A stretch of 64,000 nt of DNA from Clostridiales bacterium (GCA_015069575.1 SVIH01000001.1:114385-178384); one strand, 5' to 3'; shown: positions 47,449 to 57,846, counted from the first letter of the stretch. Numbers and translations: made by a program. The notes: a model not told the origin generated them from the letters alone.

Positions 47449-48215
47449 AAAATACCTCCAAATAAAAGTTTATTATAAAGTTCAATTGTGTTTTTTTCTT
47501 TTAACGATGATTCAATGGTCACTGTTCCTTTTTCATTGGAGAGATTTTTAATATCATTTTCAATTAAAATTTCTTTTAAATGTGCAACAGTACCATCAAT
47601 ACCATCAAAAACTATAATTTCATTTTTAAAAAAGTTAACAATTTTATCTTTTACAAATGGATAATGTGTACAACCTAATACAATTGCTGTAACATCACAC
47701 TCTCTATATGGCAATAAAATGTTATTAAGATATGAATCAATATTAATATTTTTAAAAACTGATTCTTCTATCTTTTTTGCAAGTTCAGGGCAAGGAACTT
47801 TTATAACGCGTTTATCATGATCGTATTTATCAATTAGTTTATTAACTCTATCAGAACTCAATGTAACATTTGTTGCTAACAATAGTATTTTACCTTTTGT
47901 TTTTTCTAGCGCAGGTTTGATAGCAGGCTCCATACTGATTATAGGAACGCTTATTTTTTTTCTTAATTCATCAACAGCAATACTTGTTGCAGTATTACAA
48001 GCAACGACTATTGCTTTAACATTTTGTTTCAACAAATATTCTACACCTTTTTCTGTTAATTCAAAAACATGTTCTTTTGCTTTTGTTCCGTAAGGCGCGT
48101 TTAATGAATCACCAAAGTATATGTAATTTTCTTCAGGCATAATTTTAAGGGCATATTTTAAAACAGATAATCCACCAACACCTGAATCAAAAAAACCTAT
48201 AGGATTTTTTCGCAT
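47445..48215 (-). CDS. murI: Glutamate racemase
   Basis: IGFFDSGVGGLSV, VVACNTATS, LGCTHYPF. Confidence 0.92.
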   Translation of the reverse strand: MRKNPIGFFDSGVGGLSVLKYALKIMPEENYIYFGDSLNAPYGTKAKEHVFELTEKGVEYLLKQNVKAIVVACNTATSIAVDELRKKISVPIISMEPAIKPALEKTKGKILLLATNVTLSSDRVNKLIDKYDHDKRVIKVPCPELAKKIEESVFKNINIDSYLNNILLPYRECDVTAIVLGCTHYPFVKDKIVNFFKNEIIVFDGIDGTVAHLKEILIENDIKNLSNEKGTVTIESSLKEKNTIELYNKLLFGGIL

Positions 48216-48341
48216 ACTAGCTCCTAAAAAAATTTAATAGTAACACTATATATAGTATACAACAAAGAAAAAACTTTTTCAAGTAGTATTTTTAAAACTT
48301 TATTCTTTATTATTCTCAGAAAATATATTATTAAATATTTC

Positions 48342-48370
48342 TTGCAAATAATATGTTAATTTGATATAAT
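48342..48370 (+). promoter_or_regulatory. Sigma-A type promoter for the glycoside hydrolase gene
   Basis: TTGCAA, 17 nt, then TGaTATAAT (extended -10). Confidence 0.45.
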
Positions 48371-48399
48371 TATATAACATTTAATTAAGGAGATATTAT

Positions 48400-50874
48400 A
48401 TGAAATTAAACGATTTTAACCAACATATTCTTTGTCCACAAAATAAAAAATGCTTCCCTACTGCAGTTAAGCATATTTTTGGTAATATTGAAAACGCTCA
48501 AAATATTTTAAAAGAAACAGGCACAACAACATTAAAGTATGATGCTAATTTGGGTGCGCCAAAATTAATTTTGGATTTAGGTAGAGCATCTGTTGGTGGT
48601 TACTTGGTTTTTAATATAAAATCTTTTAAAGGAAATAATCCTGTTTTAAGATTTGTTTATTCTGACTGGTATGATTATATTATGGAAGAAAAATACTGTG
48701 ATATCGGTGATTTTTCTAGAGGATGCTGTAAGTATTTAGGTGTTGAACTTCCCGTTTTACCTGCAGATCCTAACAGGTATAATCTTTTTACTATAACTCA
48801 TACAGGAGAATATATTGCTCCATTAATTCAAGGTCAACAGTGTTGGATGGGTATTAAACTTGAAACCCCAGAAAGCGAAGTTGAAATTGAATATGCTTAT
48901 TTTTATTATACTTCTGATGATTCAAAATATGATGGCGCTTTTGAATGTTCAGATGAGAACCTTACTAAACTTTGGTATGCTTCTTGTTGGACATGTCAGA
49001 TAGCCACAATAAACAATTCACATTCATGGGATAACCTTAATAACACATTATTACTTCGCACCCTTACAAAAGGTAATGATGCAGGCTATTATAAAGAAGG
49101 AATGCGGTTAACTGATTACACCGTTGAGTTTGACGGCGCAATATTTAACAACCCACAGATGTGTTCTGGTATTGGTGTACTTCTTCGTGCAAAAGATATT
49201 GAAAGCGGATATGCCATATTTTTGAATCTTGATGGGACAGTACAGGCTTTTGTTCGTAATAACAACACATATAATCTTATTAAAACCGAAAAAGTTAGTT
49301 TTGATGTTATAGATAATAAATTTTATCACATAAAAGCAATTGTTTCCGGTAATAAAATTACATATTGTGTTGACAATTTAGTTTGTCTCGAATTTACTGA
49401 TGATACATACTCTTCCGGTTCTTTTGGTTTTTGCCAGACAACTGAAAAATGGGCTGTTGCAAAAAACCTTGCTGTAACTGCAGGTAATAATGTAATTTGG
49501 ACAGATGATTTTTCAGGAAATCTTGATGCATACGAGTTTACTCGTTCTGCCCCATTTGTTTCTGATGGTGCAAAGCGCGACAGATTGCCTTGGATTGGCG
49601 ATCTTGACTGGGCAGGCAGAAGTATTTATTATGCATTTAAGAATTTTATTGCAATGCCCGAATCATTAAAAATGTTTGCATTTCATCAAAATCCTGAAGG
49701 TTATATTTGGGGAACTTGTTATCCCGAAAATACTAAAAAGCCCGATATAAGTGAATACGGATATTATGAATCAGATATTTTTTCAGCATGGATAGTACCG
49801 ACTCTTGCTGATTATCTCTTATTTACAGACGATAAAGATTTTGCAAGAGAAATCTATAAAAACATAAAAGATGATGTTGATTATCTTTGGAGATTTGTTG
49901 AAGCCGACGGTTTATTTAATCAGCGCTACGCAACAAGCAAAGGTCTTTGGGATCATACGCTTAATGATATGGGTAAATTCACTTATAATAACCTGATTAT
50001 TTCTGAAGCATTTGGCGAAGCCGCTTATATTGCTGAACAATTAGGCGAAATTAACGACAAAAACGAATTTTTACACAGAAAAAACACCGTTCGTGAGGCA
50101 ATAAAAAAATATCTTACAAGCGAAGAAGGATATCTCGTTAAAAGCATTACTGACCGTGATATGTGCCATATGTCAAATCCCCTTGCATTATCAATTGGAT
50201 ATTTTGAAGATAAAAATGATGCAAAATCAGCGCTTGATGCTTTGCTTGACAATACCCCAGGACATGGTAAAATTACAGCATTAATGATTCGCGGTGCATA
50301 CAAATATGATTTTGATTTTGAAGCAATAAGTACACTTTATCAGCCGGGATATCAATATGTAAAAGAAAGCGATGATTTTATCGTTTATGATGCGCTTGAA
50401 AATCCGAACTTTAATTTCCGTGAAAAAGGCATGCATCCTGCAAATTGGATAAAAGCACTTAATGACTGGCGTGGACCTATGACCACTTGGGAATGTATGA
50501 CATATCCCCCACTTAAAGAAGGCAAAGGTAACGCCTGGGGTGACCGTTCGCACCCTGACACTGCAGTTGCAGACATTTTATCAAGTTATATACTTGGCAT
50601 TTTACCCAAACAAGCAGGTTTTAAGACATTTACATTTATTCCACATACATCAAATCTTAAAAACGCAAAAGGAATTGTTCCATCTACTTATGGCGATATT
50701 TATGCTATGTGGAACATTGAAAATGATAAAATGACCGTTAATATTGATTTTAGCGGTGAGAATTCTCTTTCATTAATAAGATTAAAAAAATCTGATGCCA
50801 AGGAATTTTTCGTTACAGTTAACGGAAAAAAATTATCTGTTAAAGATGAAAATTCTGAATATATCTTTTATTAA
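48400..50874 (+). CDS. Cytoplasmic multi-domain glycoside hydrolase, GH78-like (alpha/alpha)6 barrel with an inserted lectin/LamG-like domain
   Basis: No signal peptide. GAKRDRLPWIGDLDWAGRS resembles the R-(E)-R-x-(G)W-x-GD motif at the start of rhamnosidase-type six-hairpin domains. A central beta-sandwich region lies at about aa 235-355. Confidence 0.45.
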   Translation: MKLNDFNQHILCPQNKKCFPTAVKHIFGNIENAQNILKETGTTTLKYDANLGAPKLILDLGRASVGGYLVFNIKSFKGNNPVLRFVYSDWYDYIMEEKYCDIGDFSRGCCKYLGVELPVLPADPNRYNLFTITHTGEYIAPLIQGQQCWMGIKLETPESEVEIEYAYFYYTSDDSKYDGAFECSDENLTKLWYASCWTCQIATINNSHSWDNLNNTLLLRTLTKGNDAGYYKEGMRLTDYTVEFDGAIFNNPQMCSGIGVLLRAKDIESGYAIFLNLDGTVQAFVRNNNTYNLIKTEKVSFDVIDNKFYHIKAIVSGNKITYCVDNLVCLEFTDDTYSSGSFGFCQTTEKWAVAKNLAVTAGNNVIWTDDFSGNLDAYEFTRSAPFVSDGAKRDRLPWIGDLDWAGRSIYYAFKNFIAMPESLKMFAFHQNPEGYIWGTCYPENTKKPDISEYGYYESDIFSAWIVPTLADYLLFTDDKDFAREIYKNIKDDVDYLWRFVEADGLFNQRYATSKGLWDHTLNDMGKFTYNNLIISEAFGEAAYIAEQLGEINDKNEFLHRKNTVREAIKKYLTSEEGYLVKSITDRDMCHMSNPLALSIGYFEDKNDAKSALDALLDNTPGHGKITALMIRGAYKYDFDFEAISTLYQPGYQYVKESDDFIVYDALENPNFNFREKGMHPANWIKALNDWRGPMTTWECMTYPPLKEGKGNAWGDRSHPDTAVADILSSYILGILPKQAGFKTFTFIPHTSNLKNAKGIVPSTYGDIYAMWNIENDKMTVNIDFSGENSLSLIRLKKSDAKEFFVTVNGKKLSVKDENSEYIFY

Positions 50875-50885
50875 TTAAAATTAAG

Positions 50886-50914
50886 TTGTTTTGTTAAACA
50901 ATATATGATATAAT
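50886..50914 (+). promoter_or_regulatory. Sigma-A type promoter for the HPr-like gene
   Basis: TTGTTT, 17 nt, then TGaTATAAT. Confidence 0.4.
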
Positions 50915-50943
50915 TAATTTAATGAATTGAAAGAGGTGTTTTT

Positions 50944-51180
50944 ATGAAAAAAGTAATGATTAGTTTAAGCGAATCAATTCAAATTAAATCCTTTGTTAAT
51001 ATTATAAACAAATATTCTTTTGATTTAGATCTTCGCTCAGGCAGATATCTTGTTGATGCTAAAAGTATTTTGGGTATTTTCAGTCTTGACCTTTCCAAGC
51101 CTGTAGAACTTGAAATTTTATCTGATGATGAAAAAGAAATTGAAAAATTTCTTGAAGAAATCAAACCATATCTTGCATAA
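50944..51180 (+). CDS. HPr-family-like small protein lacking the phosphorylatable His
   Basis: 78 aa. VDAKSILGIFSLDL resembles the HPr Ser46 region (V.AKSI.G...L). No His occurs at the position of His15. Confidence 0.5.
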   Translation: MKKVMISLSESIQIKSFVNIINKYSFDLDLRSGRYLVDAKSILGIFSLDLSKPVELEILSDDEKEIEKFLEEIKPYLA

Positions 51181-51187
51181 AAAAATA

Positions 51188-51212
51188 AAAGCCTGCTAAT
51201 GCGGGCTTTTAA
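51188..51212 (+). terminator. Intrinsic terminator after the HPr-like gene
   Basis: aaagcctgc-taat-gcgggcttt (one G-U pair) followed by a T-rich tail. Confidence 0.5.
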
Positions 51213-51229
51213 ATTAAACAGGAGAATTT

Positions 51230-51739
51230 ATGAATTTTACAGAAGTTTCTTTAACTGTTTTATATTTATTACAAGAAGCAAAAACTCCACTTAACATAGA
51301 ACAAATAAGTAATGCTTTGCATACAAATTACACTTATATAGAAATTTCAATAGCATTAACTAACTTGCTTGAAAAAAATCTTGTATTAAAAAACAAAACG
51401 CCAATAAGTGAAGAATATACTATAACCGTTGATGGAAGAATAAGTCTTGCTCATTTAAAAAATGATATAAGGGGTTCAGTACGCAACAGTATTGTAAAAT
51501 ATGTTGATGAAAATCTTAAGCAGCTGTGCCTTGAATCAAAAGTTGCGTCTCACATCAGCGTGCTTGACGACGGAAATTATTTGCTTCAATTAAGGGCCAT
51601 CGATAACGACCTTAAAATGAATGATATTATGCTTGTTGTAAGTGATGAACATGAGGCAAAGTTAATTGCTTCTAACTGGGAAAACCGCGCTGATGAAGCT
51701 ATTGCTTCACTATACAATATTCTTATATCGGATAAATAA
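51230..51739 (+). CDS. Hypothetical protein with a winged-helix-like N-terminal half
   Basis: Coding-like ORF with a GGAG RBS. No firm motif was recognised. Confidence 0.4.
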   Translation: MNFTEVSLTVLYLLQEAKTPLNIEQISNALHTNYTYIEISIALTNLLEKNLVLKNKTPISEEYTITVDGRISLAHLKNDIRGSVRNSIVKYVDENLKQLCLESKVASHISVLDDGNYLLQLRAIDNDLKMNDIMLVVSDEHEAKLIASNWENRADEAIASLYNILISDK

Positions 51740-52454
51740 TGTTGTTATATACATCAAGAATTTTATTATTTTCACAAATAGGATAATTGGAAAATTTGCA
51801 CAGTTTAAAACCTGTGCTTTTTTTTATAGATTCTATGTTTAAATTTTCATTAAAAATAATTCTGTAATCGTCTCCATCATAAATTAATTTATTATTAAAA
51901 CAAAAAAGTTCTCCAATCTGAAATTTAATTTTAACTTTTTTAATTATTGTAAATTTAAGTGAATACATATATATGTAATTATAAAAACCATCATTAAACA
52001 AAATATAAATATATTTGTTGCATAAAATTCTTTGGGGAAATTTTGAAAAATATAACTTTTTTGTTATATTAAAATTATTTAAAACAGTAAGTTTGTTATT
52101 AAAATAAGATAATACATATATATTATTATTAACTGTAAAAAAATCGCTTATATGTTCACCAATTTTTATACTTTCTAAAATTTTACCATTAACATTATAT
52201 TTATACATTGTTCCAGAATCATTTCCGGAAACATAAATATATTCATTAACTAAAATTTTATCGCAATAATTTTCAATAGAATTAATCTTAAAAATCATTG
52301 AATTATTTTTATATGCAATTATAAAAAAATCTGTTAGAAAATAGATATAATTACGAAAAACATAAACGGAACGACAATTTTTTATAAAAAATTTATGCTT
52401 AATGTTATTGATATATACTATAACAAAATCTTCAAATATATTTGCACTCCACAC
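51723..52454 (-). CDS. Hypothetical Asn/Ile/Tyr-rich protein with repeated beta-strand units
   Basis: GTG start with an AGGGTGA RBS. Units such as NEYIYVSGND, NNNIYVLSYFN, NKYIYILFND and NNKLIYDGDD recur. Confidence 0.4.
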   Translation of the reverse strand: MWSANIFEDFVIVYINNIKHKFFIKNCRSVYVFRNYIYFLTDFFIIAYKNNSMIFKINSIENYCDKILVNEYIYVSGNDSGTMYKYNVNGKILESIKIGEHISDFFTVNNNIYVLSYFNNKLTVLNNFNITKKLYFSKFPQRILCNKYIYILFNDGFYNYIYMYSLKFTIIKKVKIKFQIGELFCFNNKLIYDGDDYRIIFNENLNIESIKKSTGFKLCKFSNYPICENNKILDVYNNIIYPI

Positions 52455-52527
52455 ATTATCACCCTAAAGTATAATATGTAAAACAAAAATAAAGCGTGTA
52501 TTAAAAAATACACGCTTTAAATTTTGA

Positions 52528-52719
52528 TTATTCTTCGTCATTTTTAACAACGATTTGTTTGCCGTTATAATAACCGCAAGCTTTACACATTCTGTGTGCA
52601 AGCATTTTAGCATGGCACTGAGGACATTCAACAATACCAGGAAGAGAAAGCTTCCAGTTAGCACGCCTTGAATCACGCCTTGCTCTTGAAATTTTACGCT
52701 TAGGTGCAATTGCTCCCAT
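52528..52719 (-). CDS. rpmF: 50S ribosomal protein L32
   Basis: APKRKISRARRDSRRANWK plus a CPQC...CKAC zinc ribbon. Confidence 0.93.
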   Translation of the reverse strand: MGAIAPKRKISRARRDSRRANWKLSLPGIVECPQCHAKMLAHRMCKACGYYNGKQIVVKNDEE

Positions 52720-52731
52720 AAAGACACCTCC

Positions 52732-53220
52732 TTAGTCCACAAGCCCACGAAGAACAGCAAATGGATTATCGTCATCGCTATCACTACATGAGCAAGATGA
52801 AAAATTTTTATCAATACCGCACTTATGGCACAAACCTTTACAATCCTCTTTGCACAAACGTTCAATCGGAAGTGATGTAAGAATTGTATCATAAACAAGC
52901 GGTTGAAGATCAACTGTTTGATTTCTGTTAATAAATAATGTTTCATCATCAGAATTGCTTGAAAAAGTTTCATTAAAATTAAATGAAAATGATTTTTCAA
53001 AATCTTTTAAGCAACGATCACATTCAAAAATGCAGGTAACATCTATTTTACCCATAAAACGAACCCTATCGCCTATTGAAAAATAGTAACCGTTAATATT
53101 AACTTCTTTAAACTGAACTTTGCCCATATAATCAATGGAATCAAGTTCACAATTAACATTAAGATCGTATCTATCGCCTTCATTATAAAGGCAATCTTTA
53201 ACTGAAACAATTATACTCAT
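52732..53220 (-). CDS. yceD: YceD/DUF177 family protein (large ribosomal RNA accumulation protein)
   Basis: C-terminal CKEDCKGLCHKCGIDKN motif and the conserved position upstream of rpmF. Confidence 0.85.
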   Translation of the reverse strand: MSIIVSVKDCLYNEGDRYDLNVNCELDSIDYMGKVQFKEVNINGYYFSIGDRVRFMGKIDVTCIFECDRCLKDFEKSFSFNFNETFSSNSDDETLFINRNQTVDLQPLVYDTILTSLPIERLCKEDCKGLCHKCGIDKNFSSCSCSDSDDDNPFAVLRGLVD

Positions 53221-53266
53221 AACAGCACCCGATTATTATATCTATATTGTAAAACTTTGTCAATCA

Positions 53267-54466
53267 TTATTTTGAAAGTTCTTTTGTATCCCTTGCGATT
53301 ACAAGTTCTTCATTTGTGGGGATAACAATAATCTTAACTGATGAATCATCAGTTGAAACAATTGTTTCCTTGCCATGAATGGTTTTATTTAAATCAAAAT
53401 TCATTTTTGCACCGAGGAATTCAAGACCTTTTACTGATTCTGCACGAACATAATCATCATTTTCACCGATACCGGCAGTGAATATAATAGCATCAACGCC
53501 ACCCATAGCTGCAGCATATGCACCAATAAATTTCTTTACATTGTATGTGAAAATATCAAGTGCAAGCTGTGCACGCATATTGCCTTGTTCAGCAGCTGCT
53601 GAAAGGTCTCTGAAATCGCTACCAACGCCTGAAACACCTAAAACACCACTCTTTTTGTTAAGATAAGCGTCCATTTCGTCAATAGTCATATTGTACTTGT
53701 TCATTAAGAAACGAATAATAGCGGGGTCAATATTACCGCAACGGGTACCCATAGGAAGACCTTCAAGAGGAGTAAGACCCATTGTTGTATCAACACATTT
53801 ACCGCCCTGAATAGCAGCAACGCTTGAACCATTACCAAGATGACAGGAAACTATATTAAGTTCTTCAGGTTTTTTACCTAAAATCTCTGCACAACGCTGT
53901 GAAACAAACTTATGGCTTGAACCGTGGAAGCCGTATCTTCTAACCTGATGATCTTCATAAGCTTCATAAGGAATACCATAAATATAGCTTCTTGCAGGCA
54001 TTGTCTGATGGAATGCAGTATCAAAAACGCCAACCATGGGTGTATTGGGCATTACTGCCTTACAAGCTGCAATACCCTGAAGGTTTGCAGGATTGTGTAA
54101 AGGTGCAAGGTCAATAAGGCTTTCCATAACAGAAACAACTTCGTCAGTAATTTTAACTGAACAAGCAAATTTCTCACCGCCATGAACAACACGATGACCA
54201 ACTGCATCAATTTCATCCATTGATTTAATTACACCAACTGTTGCATCTGTAAGCTTATTAAGTACGCGCTGAATTGCATCTTCATGATTAGGAATATCAA
54301 GATCGGTATCCTTATAGGTTTCACCGTTAGCAACATACTTGTGTTCAGATCCGCCACCAAGACCAATACGGTCCATACCGCCCTTAGCAATTACTTGTTC
54401 ATTATCCATATCAAAAAGCTGATATTTCATTGAACTTGAGCCTGCATTAATAACTAAAACTTTCAT
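53267..54466 (-). CDS. ackA: Acetate kinase
   Basis: MKVLVINAGSSSMKYQLF, VGHRVVHGG, RYGFHGSSH, FTAGIGEN. The ATG at 54466 has a GGAGGA RBS, so the track N-extension is rejected. Confidence 0.95.
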   Translation of the reverse strand: MKVLVINAGSSSMKYQLFDMDNEQVIAKGGMDRIGLGGGSEHKYVANGETYKDTDLDIPNHEDAIQRVLNKLTDATVGVIKSMDEIDAVGHRVVHGGEKFACSVKITDEVVSVMESLIDLAPLHNPANLQGIAACKAVMPNTPMVGVFDTAFHQTMPARSYIYGIPYEAYEDHQVRRYGFHGSSHKFVSQRCAEILGKKPEELNIVSCHLGNGSSVAAIQGGKCVDTTMGLTPLEGLPMGTRCGNIDPAIIRFLMNKYNMTIDEMDAYLNKKSGVLGVSGVGSDFRDLSAAAEQGNMRAQLALDIFTYNVKKFIGAYAAAMGGVDAIIFTAGIGENDDYVRAESVKGLEFLGAKMNFDLNKTIHGKETIVSTDDSSVKIIVIPTNEELVIARDTKELSK

Positions 54467-54577
54467 AATATCCTCCAAATAAAAATTATTTTGAAATTCA
54501 AGATTTATATGATATAATATTATCGGACTTATTATAACACATCTTTTAAAATAAGTACACAATTTTTAAGAAAAAAG

Positions 54578-55642
54578 GTGATCAATATTAAAATTTGCGG
54601 CATAATCTGTGAATATAACCCTCTGCACAATGGTCATATCTACCAAATACAAAAAGCAAAAGAGCAAACAAACGCTGATTTTATCGTTTGTATAATGAGC
54701 GGTAATTTTGTTCAGCGTGGTGAAAGCGCTGTTTTTGATAAATTTTCAAGGGCAAAAGCAGCTATTGAATCAGGTGCTGATGCAGTTGTAGAATTACCAA
54801 CCATTTACGCTTTACAATCTGCTGAATATTTCGCTTTTGGCGGTGTTCAGATTGCTGATTCAATTGGCTGTACACATCTTTGTTTTGGTTCAGAAAGCGG
54901 TGACCTTCAGTTGCTTTACGAAAATAAAGAAAACGAAAACTTTAAATCTGTTATGCAAACAGGTGTTTCATATGGCAGATCATTATCAAATTTTGAAGGC
55001 GAACCAAATAATCTTTTAGGAAAAGAATATTTAAAATCACTTGATATTATTGATAGTGATATTATTCCTGTAACAGTTAAACGCCAACAAAACTTTGCTT
55101 CTGCAAGTGAAATAAGGGCTGATTTACTTAAAAAGAATATAAATTCTGAGATGTATCCATTTAAACCTTCTCCATTGTTTTTTGAAAGATTTTTTGATGT
55201 TATCAAATACAAAATACTTTTAATGTCTGCTGAAGAGATCGCAAAAATATGTGGTGTAAGCGAAGGCCTTGAAAACAAAATAAAAAAAGAAGTTTTATAT
55301 GCAAAAAATATTGATGAATTAATCAAAAGTATTAAAAGCAAGCGTTACACATATTCACGAATAAGCAGAATTCTTTGTTGTATTTTACTTGGTATAACAA
55401 AATCAAAACTTCGTGCAGTAATTAACGAAACACCAAAGGTTAAGCTTTTAGGAATAAATAAAGAAAAAACGCAGATTTTGTCACTTTTAAACAATTATTA
55501 TATTTCCCCCATTGATGCAAATAATCACGGTGGAAGCACAGAAATTTCAAACGAGATTAATGTTTTATCAACACAGGTTTATTCAACCTTTACCGATTTA
55601 ATTGGTGATGAAGATTATACGCTGGGGCTTATGAAAATATAA
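54578..55642 (+). CDS. tmcAL: tRNA(Met) cytidine acetate ligase TmcAL (YlbM family nucleotidyltransferase)
   Basis: GIICEYNPLHNGHIYQI HIGH-type motif and MSGNFVQRGE. GTG start after an AGG RBS. Confidence 0.85.
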   Translation: MINIKICGIICEYNPLHNGHIYQIQKAKEQTNADFIVCIMSGNFVQRGESAVFDKFSRAKAAIESGADAVVELPTIYALQSAEYFAFGGVQIADSIGCTHLCFGSESGDLQLLYENKENENFKSVMQTGVSYGRSLSNFEGEPNNLLGKEYLKSLDIIDSDIIPVTVKRQQNFASASEIRADLLKKNINSEMYPFKPSPLFFERFFDVIKYKILLMSAEEIAKICGVSEGLENKIKKEVLYAKNIDELIKSIKSKRYTYSRISRILCCILLGITKSKLRAVINETPKVKLLGINKEKTQILSLLNNYYISPIDANNHGGSTEISNEINVLSTQVYSTFTDLIGDEDYTLGLMKI

Positions 55643-55672
55643 AAAAACCGCACTTTTTGTGCGGTTTTTTAT
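55643..55672. terminator. Bidirectional intrinsic terminator between convergent genes
   Basis: aaaaaccgcac-ttttt-gtgcggttttt hairpin flanked by A and T runs. Confidence 0.55.
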
Positions 55673-56439
55673 TATATTTTTAGGTCGCTTTTAATTTTAT
55701 CAACAACTTTTAACGCAGCAAGTCTTCCAAGTTCAATGGTTTCTTCGGCTTTTTCAAGGTTGTGAAGCGGAATTTCACTTAAATCAGGATCAATAACACA
55801 ATCACAAAGTTTATACATTTGTTTAACATTTTGCCAATCGCTCATTTCAAAGGCATACATTAAAACTTCCATCAAATTTTGCGCTTTTTTGTGACCTAAC
55901 CCCTGATATCCAACATCAACACCAATAACGTATTCTGCACCCATTTCCTTTACTTCTTTTATGGGAATTCTTGTCGTTGCACCACCATCTATAAGTTGCA
56001 TACCATCAATTTCAACAGGTTCAAATACGCCTGGAATTGCAAAACTGGCATGACATGCTTTTGAAACCCTACCTTTATTTATTGTAACACATTTACCTGT
56101 AATTATATCGCAAGCTACAGCAGTAAAGGGCGGATCACATTCTTCTATATTTTTACCTTTACAAAGCATATCTACAAGATTTTCGGCTTTTTCGCCTTTT
56201 ATGAAACCTATTTTAGGAATAATTATATCAATAAATGTTGACATATCAATTGTAGCACATAATTTTCCTGCAAGATACATATCGCTTCCTGTTGAAAATA
56301 ATCCACCAACAACAGCGCCTGCACTGCAACCGGAAATATAATCAATAGGAATATTATTTTCAGTTAAAACTTGCAGCACACCAATATGCGCAACCCCATG
56401 CGCAGCACCGCCACCAAGAGCAAGCCCTACTTTTTTCAT
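55672..56439 (-). CDS. Patatin-like phospholipase (YlbK-like)
   Basis: GLALGGGAAHGVAHIGV oxyanion motif, GCSAGA (GxSxG), DGG. The ATG at 56439 has a GGAG RBS, so the track N-extension is rejected. Confidence 0.85.
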   Translation of the reverse strand: MKKVGLALGGGAAHGVAHIGVLQVLTENNIPIDYISGCSAGAVVGGLFSTGSDMYLAGKLCATIDMSTFIDIIIPKIGFIKGEKAENLVDMLCKGKNIEECDPPFTAVACDIITGKCVTINKGRVSKACHASFAIPGVFEPVEIDGMQLIDGGATTRIPIKEVKEMGAEYVIGVDVGYQGLGHKKAQNLMEVLMYAFEMSDWQNVKQMYKLCDCVIDPDLSEIPLHNLEKAEETIELGRLAALKVVDKIKSDLKI

Positions 56440-56470
56440 AATCAAATCAACTCCGTAATATATTGTATCG

Positions 56471-57433
56471 GTGAATAAAATGTTATATATCAGTATTTTA
56501 ATATTATGCCTTTTTAACCCTGAAATAACCATTAACTCAGTTAAAGATTGTATTAATTTATGGGCAAATTCCGTTGTGCCTGTGCTTTTACCTTTTTTTA
56601 TTATAAGCAAAGCAATATATTATAGTGGTGGAATAAATTATTTTTCAAAAATATTAAATCCTTTAACTAAAATTCTTGGGTTAGATAAAAACATATGTTT
56701 TCCGTTTGCAATGACTTTATTATGTGGATATCAAACAGGAAGTAAAACTATAGCATTAATGGAAAAGGATGGACTAAAAAATGTTGATTATTATGCTAAT
56801 ATATGCTTTTCATCAAGCCCGTTATTTGTTATAGGAACAGTTGGAACTTCTATATTAAACAATACTCACGAAGGCTATATGTTATATTTAATTCATATTT
56901 TATCACTTTTAATATTCATATCAATATATCAAAACAAAAATAATTACGAAGAAATAATACTTTCACACACAAAAGGAAATATAACTAACGCAATAAACGA
57001 AAGTATTTTGGGAATATTATCTGTATGTTGTTACATGATTTTATTTTCGATAATTATCAGTATAATTTCAACAATACATATTCTACCCTTAAAAACAACG
57101 GGAATACTATCAGGTCTATTAGAAATTACAACAGGAATTAAAATTGTTAGTTCTATTTTAAATAATCCACTTCCGGTAATTAGTTTTTACCTGTCATTTG
57201 GTGGATGCTGTGTTAATATGCAATGTATTAATAATTATAATAAAATTAATGTTATAAGATTTATTATAAACAGAATTATATGTGGTATTATATCATTTAT
57301 TTTATGTTATCTATATAAAAAAACCGCCATATATCTGCCGATAGCAATAACTGCTGTTATCATAATTATCAGCAACATATTAAGGCGGAAAAAATCTTAT
57401 TTATTGAAATCATCAAAATCCTGTGATATCTGA
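56471..57433 (+). CDS. ylbJ: Sporulation integral membrane protein YlbJ-like (nucleoside-recognition/Gate domain)
   Basis: Polytopic membrane protein in the conserved rsmD-coaD-ylbJ-patatin-tmcAL neighbourhood known from Bacillus. The start is uncertain (GTG at 56471 or ATG at 56480). Confidence 0.55.
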   Translation: MNKMLYISILILCLFNPEITINSVKDCINLWANSVVPVLLPFFIISKAIYYSGGINYFSKILNPLTKILGLDKNICFPFAMTLLCGYQTGSKTIALMEKDGLKNVDYYANICFSSSPLFVIGTVGTSILNNTHEGYMLYLIHILSLLIFISIYQNKNNYEEIILSHTKGNITNAINESILGILSVCCYMILFSIIISIISTIHILPLKTTGILSGLLEITTGIKIVSSILNNPLPVISFYLSFGGCCVNMQCINNYNKINVIRFIINRIICGIISFILCYLYKKTAIYLPIAITAVIIIISNILRRKKSYLLKSSKSCDI

Positions 57434-57846
57434 TCGTCAAGATCTTTAATTCTTTCTTTTAATTCATCAAAGATACTTAATGCATAATTTTTTGCAGAAA
57501 GCCTTACTTCTTTTGCGTTTTGTCTTGCCATATCAATTATTTTTTTACCTTCAATCTCAGCATTACGTGTGATCTCATGCTCTTGAATCATCTCATCAGC
57601 AGTTTTTTGAGCCGCTACAATACATTGTTTTGCTTCTTCTTCAGCATCAACAAGTATCTGACGACGTTCCTTCATGATATTACATGCACGTTCAATCTCG
57701 GTAGGTAATGTTTCCCTTAACTCATCTAGAATACTTAAGCAAGTATCTGTATCGAGTAATGCTTTGCCACCAAAAATCACACTTTTTTTAGCCTCTGTTA
57801 ATTCAGCCTCAAGTTCATCAAGTAAATTTGAAATTACGCTATCCAT
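57397..57846 (-). CDS. Coiled-coil protein of unknown function (ATP-synthase-b-like heptad pattern)
   Basis: 149 aa, Glu/Lys/Ala-rich, no TM. Its 3-prime end overlaps the convergent ylbJ end by 37 nt. Confidence 0.4.
   Translation of the reverse strand: MDSVISNLLDELEAELTEAKKSVIFGGKALLDTDTCLSILDELRETLPTEIERACNIMKERRQILVDAEEEAKQCIVAAQKTADEMIQEHEITRNAEIEGKKIIDMARQNAKEVRLSAKNYALSIFDELKERIKDLDDQISQDFDDFNK

Noticed and set aside
52464-53000. 178-aa minus-strand ORF from the track
   Set aside because: It overlaps both rpmF and the yceD-family gene in another frame. Both of those have unmistakable conserved motifs and this ORF has none.
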